From positions 434,001 through 498,000 of the forward strand of contig NW_027266273.1 of assembly GCF_022045235.1 (NCBI RefSeq): a DNA stretch of 64,000 nt, written 5' to 3'. This DNA is from Haliotis cracherodii. Taxonomy: Eukaryota. Numbering within the stretch: position 1 is the stretch's first letter; every line of letters starts with the position of its first letter. A program made the translations under genes and the position numbers. Of the stretch, positions 41,401 through 53,400 are shown piece by piece. Below the pieces are notes generated by a model, which saw only the letters and a program-made list of their open reading frames with translations, did no database searches and was not told the origin of the DNA.

Positions 41401-44400
41401 ATGAAGTTGAAAAAAAGGGGATACCCGATAACTCATGCAGCTGAATAAAATCCTCCTTGTTGATGACTGATCCGAGTTTAGACTCATGCAGATTTGGGTA
41501 ATGTGGCATGTACTCAGTCATTGAACTACCGTCTATATTGTAGTCCACATAATGTATGCACAAACTGGTTAACTGTTTCAAATGCATCATGCGTCCATGG
41601 TGTTGAAGTAACTGAACTAGGACACTTCAAAGGTGACATGCGCATTGCAGCACAATCTCCTATAATGGATATGACAATTGAATTAGAAGTGACTGATCTC
41701 TAGATGCTTTCATGCCAGTCTTCCGTGTACCTACATCACTCAGCAGACAATCCAGTTTGATATTCAAAGTCAGCTGCAGCTTTCATAGTATACTTAAACC
41801 TGGACATCTGAACCAATAACCATGCAGCATCCAGCTTTATATGTATTCTTGCTGCTACATCAGATACTGGCAGATTATGTGATTATATGAACATGTGAAT
41901 AATCACTTTCAATGCGTCGATCTATCTAAGTCGTGGTGAGTGAGACCAACTTCATGCATCATACTGTCAAACAGAACTCTTCATTCTAGTGCTGCCAACT
42001 GCGCAACTATGTGATCCTGCTTCTATGTGAGTCACTGTACTTCTCAACTTGGTGAGTGCTTCAAAACCATGCATCGGTCATTCTGCTACATCTCGCCATC
42101 ATGTGATGCATGTGATCACAGGTTTGCTCATGATGCAGATCAGGCAAGACAACTCTCCCTGCTTGCTAGTCTCTATGACTGACCTGGTTTAGGTGTTACC
42201 ACTCCTGTTGGTTTTGTTGTCTGAGGTCCCCTTGTTGGAGGTTTACGTGGGGTTGAACTCACTGGAGTAAATGTGTATGCATCAGATTCATTCCCTTCCA
42301 TGACAAAATTATACAGAAATAAAAATATATCAATAGGAATATGGAAGTGAATATGCCTTAACATCAGAGATGTTTTGATATCATTAACCCACAAAATGAA
42401 AATCAAGAAGTATTCATCCAGTAAATTCAACTGAGGTTATGCCACAGTGAGCAGTATGATTGAGAGCTATCCCTTCTTCACTTACAGGCATTCACGACAG
42501 CACCAACAGTTTTCTTGACAGCAGGGCCAAGGTTGCCATACTTTGGAACATATGTGGAGTACGAAGCAGCTGGCTGACTTGCTGCACTTCCAAGTTCCCT
42601 TCGGTTTGCTTTCCCCAGACCAATAGTGAATATCTGTGTTCCAGCTGCCTTCAGCTTGCTGGCTTCGGCAATGAAACCTGCAGGTTTGATATTGGTTCTT
42701 GTGTCTGTTATGAGTATGACAGCATTTGGAACACCTGGACGGTCACCCTTAGCTGCAGAGAATACTTGTGTTCTGACAGTGCTCAGAGCTTTTCCTCCAT
42801 CAACCTTTGCAATTCGCTGCCTTGGACTGATTGATTTAGTGATTGCAGAAAGCACTTTGGCTTTTGAGTTATGCTGGTTGAGATTAAACATTGTTGTGAC
42901 TTTCCTTCCATAGTTTACAAGTGCCACTCGGACAGCTCCTCCATCTATATCAGCATTGCTCAGTAAGCTCTTCACAAATCTGATGAAATTGGATCTGATG
43001 TCCTTTGGTTTGGTTGATTTGCCAAACTGGTAGACAATAGCAATATCTGCCTCTCCACTATCTGAAATAGGTCAACATTTGACTGTCAGCATACAATATG
43101 ATTCAACACTGACATGATAAACTTTGTGACTATAAACCATACAGAACTCATATGGTAAGAAGGTCACAAAAGAGTTATTTTCACAGAGCATCAGAAGCTA
43201 CTTAAGGTCAAATAATAGCAGGAATGTGATGCTTCAAGATAACATGAATGAAAGATGTGTCCAAACTGTATGACTGAAGACACAGAAGGACACTACAGTC
43301 AAAGAGAAAACTTGATGTCATACTTAATACATGAGAAACATGAGGATTTATAGAAACTTACACATGATTCGGAGAAGGGAAGAGAAAGGAAAGTGATCAA
43401 GAGCCTTGAAGAAGACTCTCAGACATGTGCTGATTCTTGCTGTTTGAGCTGTACATTTGGGCATATTATAACAACTGCTACAGCAGTGAGTATATGTAAG
43501 GCAAGACTGAGAAGAAGGCACTGAATTTGTAGGATGTAGTATTGGGAGATGACATTGCTGTCAGTGCCCCAGAGTCAGAATGATCAGGACTGATGGGGCT
43601 GAGCATGGGACCATGATGAAACAACAGATGGATGTCCAATCCAATTATGATGGTCATGATAGATGGCAATGGCATATTAGCCATAGTTAAGAGGATCTTG
43701 TCAACAAATATTATTACCAATGGTCAGTTGGGAGAAGTGATAAGGAGGACGTGGTGGTATCAGAATGTCAGGTTTGAGGCTTTGGGACAGATGGACATTG
43801 ATGAAATTGGAATTTCAAGATGGAAAAGAGGATGGACCTGGGATGGAGATAGGATTCGAGCTGAAAATTAGGGTTTTGGATGTAGATGGAGAAGATAATC
43901 TGAATGGGGTATAGATGGCTTTTGGGACTGATAGATGTTAAGAAGATGGGGATTGACAGTAGGGGCTGCTTCCTGCTTGGGTCTTGTAAATTACATTTAG
44001 GGATAAGCATTGTGGGATGAACATTAAAAGAATTGGAGAAATATAAATTGACACGAAAAGTATCTTGTGAGATTGAATTGTTAACATTTTAGGCATATGG
44101 GACAGATTTAGGAGATGGGACGGGTGCCTGGATGGGAATGAGCTCGTGGAGTGAGGTTGGGGAGTGTCGGCATCAGAGTGTGAATAATGGGAGAGAACAC
44201 ATTGTCTTGATAAGACAAGTACTCACTTGCAAGAGTTAAAGGTTCATCAGCACCTGGAATGTCCTCTGAAAATAGGTAGCATATATGCATGACACATATA
44301 CAATGTCCTCACCAAGCTACCATCACAAAAAGTATCACATAAAGACTTGACACAAGATCTGGCATATGTCACATGTGGGAGTTTGCCATTTTCCCTGAAC

Positions 44401-47400
44401 TCAAACTAATTTGGGGGCAAATGTCAAATGTTTTCATAGTTAATACCAATAATTATAAATACAATAACAACATGCTGTGCACATGCAATACATTCGAGAA
44501 AACACATGTATTTCACAACTGACAAATCAAAATGCCATTTAACCTGCAATAAAAAAGGAAAACAACCCACACATTTCAACATCACAGTATAGTAATTCAT
44601 TACATAGTTTCATGTATAGAAAACACATCTATCAGAAGAAAGGTCAGGAAATTCACGAAGTGTTCAGTCAACTATCACAACAGAAAATTTGCATGCAAAA
44701 AGCATTTGTGGTTAGTAAACAGTGTATGATAATAGTACAATATATCAAATACAGAAGAAACAAGAACATTTGCCTATGACATATAACACAGAACAATACT
44801 TATCATAATATCTTCAGCATAAACCATTTTGCTTACAGATTCAACCTTTGTTCACATGTCTTACAAAATGGTGAGCAGCCTACTACCTGTAATTCTATGG
44901 ATATCAAAATCACAGTGCATTTTGCACCTGGAGTAAAATAAACCACTCAAAATTTGCTAAGGACCAAACCTTTGACTACAGATGACTACTTTAGTCTTCA
45001 GCAAATGTTGTGTAGTCTATGTGACCAGTGGCAGTTTATTAGGCAGTGAGTCCCCCAAATTACTTAAATTATTCAGAAACTATGGCTTATGCCTGAGATA
45101 TTACAGTTTTCTGAAAACACTAACAGACCTCTTATATACACACTGATTGGCATAGGAAATTATGCATCACTTTTAACTTTCTTAAAAGTTGATAAATGTA
45201 TCTGTTAATCTAATCATATGTATATTTTAGCTAATATATTGCTATTTTAGTTTTCAGTTATCCTATGGAGATTTTATCCTTTGAATGGTAATTTTAGTGT
45301 TACAGAAACAGAAATACCTCTATCAATCTCTTTATTACACATAATACTGCGAATAATTGTCATCTCCTTACATAATTCATAACAGCAACAACTGAGGTCA
45401 TGAGTGTGAATGAGTATTGTCTGTGGGAGTGCAAAGCTTGGGTAGGAACATTTCCATGAGGGAAAGCCACGACAAGCTGGGAAATAACATCCACAAAGGT
45501 ACCGGTAATGGTACGATAAACGCTGACTCATATTTACCTGTTCGTTATTTTGTAATGTCTCACTAATGTTAACCCTTTTTAATACAGGATTATTATATTA
45601 ATTGTCGGTCAATGATTTTCAGATATAGCCCTCCTATATAACTGTTTTCAATTAAAATATTTGATTCTCTTTCTAAAAAATCCACAAAAAAAATCTGGTT
45701 AAGTTTATGATTTGATATGTATGCTTCAACATGCATCTCCGTTTACCTGGATTTGATGTCACCCCAGGTGGTCCATCTCTCACTGAAAAAACGAAGTTTG
45801 AAAATATGAAAAAAGGAAATGTGGGTGAAATTTGTTGATAGATTTGGAAATCAACTGCAAGAAACAAAAATAAATACCGGTAGTCATGGGTCTCTGTAGC
45901 TAACAAACCAAAGTAATTAACAGACTTAAAATTTGTACGATTATTTTCCTGACAATAATACTGTGTTCATCTGTGAAATATACATATAACAACCAATGTA
46001 TTGAAATGATCAGAATAACAATTATAGGTATTCAGGAATTGCTTGAAAATGATCGAAGAGCGTGTCCGATGTGTTAACTCTCATTCCACAACATTGATAA
46101 TGATGTAATGAAATAATGTTTAAACTGGCATTTTAAATGTGATCCCACTATAGCAGTGGTGGACCCCATTGGTCAAATTCTACTTGTTCACAGGTCATTT
46201 CAGACCAGTAGATTAAGATTTTCAAAAGTCTTGGGGTCGTGTTTATTCCTGTATAGACCAACACAGACCATGATCTAATTTATATGAACAATATTGAAAG
46301 AGATTATTGCAGAATAGACTTTTAAAAAATGTCAAGAAGACATTTGTGAAAGAATAAAAATTGGTTTACTCTAATTGAGGAAAACAAATGATGAGGGGAA
46401 AACTAGTTTAGTTGGCCTGTGAGTAATGGAATATCATGAGAATATGTCAAATGTCCTGCCTGAGATACAAACTTTAATCCAGTGTGAGTGGTGAATGAAT
46501 CCTTTGGAAACAATTTATGTATTAAGGAATTGATATTTGTGAATAAGGACAGTTGTTTTAGACAAGACTTTATGTCCATTTCAGTTACTTTTGAAAGCTG
46601 TGATACATTAACATCATGTTAAGTGGAAAAGGTAAATAAATGTGGACTTGCTTGAAGTGGGATACATATGAGTCAATGACCGATATTACATCTGGGAAAA
46701 GTATGAGTAATAACTCTAAGTTAATAACACAAACTTACATGGCTGAATCTGCTCCACAAAGTCATCCCGGGCTGAGGCCAACTCCCCAAAGTTGTCCAGT
46801 TCATAGTAGTTGACCCCTGTAGCAATAGCCTCCAGTTCATCCGGAAATTCAAGATTGAGACCAATGGCGTAAACAAGGGCACCACTGTTCTGTAGATCCT
46901 GTGCTGCCTGAATGGTGTTGGCGACATCAATGTTGGAGTTAGAGTCAGTGACAACAATCACCATATTAGGCACCTGAGGTCGATCACCTGCTCTTCTGTT
47001 GAACATTTGCTGACGTACCAGGTTCAAGCCTGATGCAGAGTTGGCCTGAAATAATATTTCAGAGTCTGAAATAACTTGGATTATTAATCATTATTTTTCT
47101 TTGAAATAACATTTTTTTGAATGCATTCGAATAAGGCATCCAAGTCAGTACCAGAATTACCAGGAGTTAATTCCTGTTCCTAGTACACTACAGCAAGTAA
47201 GTTTAACTAATCGAAATCGATGATAAAAAAACACTTTCAAGATGTTTTAGTTTTACAAGTGTCCTATGTGAAATCTATATAAACTGTGTCTCAATTCTTT
47301 CACAAGGCCTCTATAACCATGACAATGTAGTGGGAAGGAGTGTGTGACAGATTGTAGCTTTATGCTGCAGACTTGCAATATTTCTGCTCGGGTCACGCAA

Positions 47401-50400
47401 TCCTTTGGCTGACTGCAAGAGCAATTCCCCTGCTGGGACATGATGACACACAATCAATCCAGTAACAAATTGTAACCACCTTACTCCATAAGACTGTTTC
47501 CATTCCACGTACTGATCACTGATGTCCTCCACAAAGTGAGTGAATGAAGGCACTCAATGAAGATGGTGGTTCCAAATCCAAATTTTGAGTTTTATGTCAA
47601 TGTACTTTTAGTCTCATGTTAGGCAAGGGATTCTTGGTACTCAGATGGCATTGTAAGAATAAATGAAATATAGCATTACTGAAACATTTGCACTAATTAT
47701 TCAGTATCCCACCTGTCCATCACGGTAGTTGAAGTTGATCCTGTCAATGCCGGTCATGACATCCTGTTTTGAAGCATACTGGTTTAGATTAAAGACTACT
47801 TCTGCATTGCCTCTATAAACAGCAGCTCCCACTCGCACTGCACCAGAATCAATATCTGCTCTGAAAACTGACGACTTGAGGAAGTCCAGAACTTGACTAA
47901 AGGAATTGCGCTGAATCTTGTTCGAGAAGTGAAGTAAAAACACTAGATCCAGTTGATTTCCTGTAACAAAGATGTTTAGTGAACAATCAACAGTGCAAAA
48001 AACATAATTCAGTACCAGTGGAAATATAAAAAATTATCTTTCATGGATTTATTACAGCTTTTCCACACAAGGTCAGTCGAAATAAAAAATTATTTATTCA
48101 TATGAAAGTCATTCTGCTGTCGGGTTAAAACTGCAGCTGGCTTCTTGAATCACTGATGTAGACATGGAACTTATATATTTCAGTTATTATTGTATAAGAG
48201 GAGTCTATATTACAATATCAAAACGATATTTTTATGTTGAATTTATTTCAGTAGGGGCAGGGGGCCTATGAAGTGAAAAAATATAAAATGTGTGGCCTTA
48301 TTAGAAATAAATTCAACTGTCAGTAGTTTTGAAACCTTATACATGTAGGTTTGGATTGATTAATCTTTGTCTGTAGGTGAGGTGAGGTGAAATGTGATCT
48401 AACGTCGTGTCTAAGATTATTGCACTCTTAGAGCTACTTGTACTAGTCTGGAATGATGTTGATTTTATAGTGCTAGCCCACTGAGATACCATGCCACATG
48501 AATACCCCACTCAGACACAGTATACCGACTCCAAGCCAACCAGTCCTTGTTTTAGCCCCTTAATGCTTAGCACCAGGCAGGGTAAATCAAGTACCATCTT
48601 TTAACCACTTTTGGTATGACAGGGCCGGGGATCGAACATTGGACATTCCGCTCTCCGGGCAGACGCTCTACCACTAGACCACGGAGGCTGTTTGCCTGTA
48701 GGTAGACTCATGTAAGACAAAGTCCGTAGCGTAAACATTATGAAGGAGTTTCATCCATTTTACCTTTTGACATAGCTGATAATAACGACTGATAACAATC
48801 CACACCATCGTCAATAAACCTGGTCAGCCTATTGACCATCTTTAGTCTCTTTAAGTTCTTTAAGAAAAGCATGGGACACTTAGGCATTTTGTTTCTGACA
48901 CAATTGTACCAAAATGTGGAATAAAATTGAATTTGTGATGTCCTTTTATCTTCCCCTGCAAATCTGTTTACTAATTCCAATAATGAAAAAAGTCCTTTAA
49001 AGGGCAAGTTCACACGGAAATGAACCATTTTTTCTTGTACTTTTTCCACATTAAAAGTGTTAACATAGAAGTGTCATAGACAAAAATATAAAAAACATCA
49101 TATTTAATTAACATATTTTTTGCACTAAAACGATTTATATTTTTCACATTTACCAAGTGTTCTATTTCCATAACAAAAACACCATGGCTTATGCCCCTTG
49201 CAATATGACGTCATTGGTGCCAATTGATAAACATTATGACGTCATCATGCTTTGTTAGAGCCGCTTCACGTGGTGTAGGTACAGTTTTGTGATTCTAGCA
49301 TCTCAGATGCCAGCCAGAATTGTGTTATGCTGAGTCACCCTGCGCCCGAGTGTGTCGTAGACCATGTTGTTTTACCGCAAACTGTTCCTTGATATCTTTT
49401 GCGTTGAGAATAGACAGGGGCCCAGTTGAATTGGCACCAATTACGTCATAATCTAAGGGGGATAACTCAGGCCTATTTCGCTCGTAAAACGAAGGCTTCA
49501 TAACGGCATATCACTTTCACACTATTGTGAGCTTCCCACTTTCACTGTGAAAAAAATGAGTGTATATTTTCAAACACAGATACTAACTAATTCTAAAATT
49601 GCGTTTTGTTTAGAAAAAGAAAGAAAGTGATTTTTGCGTGTACACTTCCCCTTTAAAGTAACATATTTCCTGTATTAGATGCCTGTGTGTCTATTAATTT
49701 CATGCAAGACATTGACCTGATATCGATTAGGGGCCGGGTTACCTTACTTCCTTCCGAATCCAAAATTCTACAATCATAAGAGTACATTAGCAGGAAAAGA
49801 TCCTCATAAATCGCCAACATTTCACGGTATAAATTTGCAAATTCTTAGCTTGGTCATTCATCAGAGACCCAGCTTTACAGAGGAAATATGGCAGGTCAAA
49901 AGAGTCAATGCCAATAAAAAAACCCTCCTTTTCATATTTAATTATTTCATTTGACCAACAACAAAAATAAATCAGAAATCACTGAATTTTTATTTCATGT
50001 AGAAAAGAGGCCATAACTGGAAGATATTCTGCTGTGGAAGACCCCCCCCCCCCCCCCCCCCCCTTCATTTGCTTCTTAATCTGTAGAAATTAGAACAACC
50101 GTGCCGATACCTGTAAAGATATTTATACGTGAGTCCAACGTGATTCAAACATGCATTTCGAAACTTCCCGCATACATTTGGTAGCGGCTTTTGGCAAGCA
50201 GGCGACAATTATTTTTTTTGTCAATTGTGCAAGGGAGGTTACTCTTACTTGCAAAGCTACTTCCAAGTTGGAATATCAATTGAGCTATTGTGACACAGAT
50301 TACAGAGTTCGAACACAGAGTTACAAATATTTTCGAAACGGCATATTAGTTTCTTTTACTTGTTATCTTTTACAACATAACTTTGCAAAATTAAAATAAA

Positions 50401-53400
50401 GATTCATTAGTGCATATATGCCGATATGCATATTAGGTAAATACACAAACCTTGAATTGAGCCTGATGCACCGCCATCGCCGTTACCGCCTTTCCCACCT
50501 AAAACAGTATTGTGATCAGTAACTGACAGTAAGTGTGAAAGAACTGAATCAAAACTAGCTGTGTAAAATAAAACAGTAACATTATAAGTAACACACAAAG
50601 TATTCACTATTCAATTGAGCCCGAAAGAATTCCCACATTTTACCAACAAGCCCAAGTCAAAAACAAGTCAAATCCTAACATGGCGTATAAATGTACTGCA
50701 GTACGAAAGAAATTTTCCAATATGTTCAAGATAAAAGTTCAAACTGACATTGTTTTTACTCTATTTCCACGCGGAACCGCCTGGATGAGTTAAATTCTTG
50801 TTTGAGAACGACATATCACTACAACAGTGTGCACAATCAATGAATGATGCTGTTACAGTTTAGCGTTAACTTTATCCTATTATTTTTCATCCTAAAACAG
50901 ACGCCGTCCACACTTATGCAGTCAGACATAAAACATATTTTTCGAATATGCAAATAACGATACAAATGAAACCTTTATGAAACGAGAGATTCGGTAATAC
51001 CGGATACGGTTATTAACAAGGATAGTGAGGCTATTGACCTCGTAGAGCAGAAAACTACGTACATATTGTGGAGTAAACTACGTCACTCATGAAGGCGAGG
51101 TCAGCAGCATCGTTGATGAGAAACTTATGGTCATCTGCTGGGTCTGTCACAAGTGTGTCGATCTCCCCTTCATTTTGTACACCGACACCAACGGCGGCGA
51201 TCTTGATCCCTGCAGCCTTAATTTTTTTGGCTTCGCCTGCGCTTCGTCTGGCCTTGACCTGTGAATTGCCACCAGTCAGGAGGAGGACGTACTTTTCGGC
51301 GTCTGCGCGGGCACCCTTAAAGAACCTCTGTGTCTGGATGAAGGCCTTGGAGAAGTCGCGACGCCCCCTTTCCTGTGGAGCCGACAATATTCCCCGCTGG
51401 ACCGAGTCCAGAGTCCTGAACTTGCCGAACCCGAACCTAGGAAGGAAATGGTTGTTATGTCGTTGGTTTGGTTGTAACAATCGTTAGCGTGATAAAAAAA
51501 ATCCAACTAACAATAAGATGCATATAACGCCTCTTTGAACAGCATTGCAGTTACATTCATACGTCCCAGTTAAATGTGTGAGGAGAAACCGATGAATCCG
51601 GGTGGGGGTGGGGGGTTGTAATACGTACTTATTTCTTGCCCTTGAACTGGCGCCTATCAGGCCGACTCTGACGTTACCGGTATCAACGCTGGCGAACTCA
51701 ACGACATCGTTAGCAAACTGCCTGAGAGCAGTGTAGACCGTTGGTGGAGCTGCACTATCTAATATTATCACCAGGTCAATCTTTGTCTGTCCACAGCCTG
51801 GTGAGATAAAACATGAAAGACATTGCAACATTCCGCATTCTACATTTGCTACAGGCACAGTCAAACGAGGATGACAATGTCGGACATAACGAAACATCGT
51901 GCAATAACGAACGCATCAATGTTTGGTGTCTTGCCATACATGTCTAATGTATAAGATAGCCACGGGTTGCTCACGTACTTGTTTATTAGTCTTAAATCTT
52001 CTGGCAGTGCTAAAATTTCGAATTTCGAATATACCGAATTCATGTTTAGTTCCCATGAAGTTCCCTTTTATTACTTTTACATTTGGATCTCCTGAGTAAA
52101 AAAAATCCAGAATCTGGACAGTTACTGTTGCGACGTTTGTATAGAAATATAGGCATTCGTAAAGTGTGTAAGTCTGAACGATTTCACTGGGAACGGTACC
52201 GTCAGGATTAACAACATCGCACAGTAGTACCTTTTGTAAGGATGTGGTCCACATGTCAAATTTGAGAACATTTATAATTAGAACATACATCTGGAAATGT
52301 AACTTTCTATTTACACTTTGGAAAGGGTTTAGTTTAACTCACCTGAAATTCCATTTGGCACAACTGGCAATGTCCCCTCAGGAAACAAATCTGAATCGAA
52401 AATGAGGACGCCGGTTTTTTCAAAGGGAATATTGAAACCTCAAATAAAGTAGTCAGCAAAATACGTAACTGTATTTTTTAAATGTGGATAAATCATCTAA
52501 TTTAAGGACCCTACAGCCTCTCTTTGTAGAAAGATATATTCCTGACCGCTCGGGTTAATACTGGGAGTATGTCAAGCTTACTGAACTAACAATTCTGATA
52601 GGAGTTGGTTGATGTTTATGATTATATACAAACTCATTATTTCAAAAGCCCGTATTCCTGCTTTGGCTGTCCTGGCCTCTTTGCATGTTTAACTTGGAAG
52701 ATAACCCTTTGTGCTTTGAAGTTTGACGTAGTCCTACTGTAGATTACATACTTCTCAGACACCTTTTTTATTAATTTGGAACCGAGTGTTTTAGCGTTCT
52801 CAGTAGTGTTCCCCCGGAAGATAGACGTTTCACTGCATATGAAGTATGATTATGGAATACAATCAAATTTGCTTTTGATAAAAATAAGTTAAATTTAATG
52901 CAACGTAAGTTTGGGTGGTTATGTCGTTTGCTTAAATTAACGCCGAAAGCTTCGATTCCCACATAAGTAGAATTTGTCAAACCCTTTCAAGGTGTCCACC
53001 AGCCCAAATAATGCTGGACAATTGCGAACTATTGCCTAATAAATACCATACTCACTCAAGACCAAAAGTTAAAAATAGTTAAAATAATTGCAATGAAATC
53101 TCGTTAAATCGGATGGCACTGTCCCAAGCTTAATCGTGTGGACTAACGAATTATTGTTCTGATTAATTATGTTTGTGAATTTGGAAGTCGCCTGGAAAAT
53201 GTGCTTTGCCGACTGAAGACGTCTGTCGAACGTCGCAGCTTCATCTTCATTTTCGGAAAACAAATGCGCACCTCACTATGCCAACTGGCTCATGGAACTG
53301 TTGAAGTTGTCCTTGGCTAAAATACACTTAATGTGAAAAATGTCTGTCATGCTTTTTGGGGGCAAACATATTTATGTGCATAACGTGACATTTTTCAACT

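Noticed and set aside
43478-44200. Possible decayed LINE or coding remnant
   Set aside because: Strand-biased composition, but no motif I could identify with confidence and many stops.
37421-46741. C-terminal Cys in the ORF-track translations of vWA2-4 (QPCK, NACK, QACE)
   Set aside because: These TGT codons straddle the T|gt donor; after splicing they become Leu, Leu and Phe.
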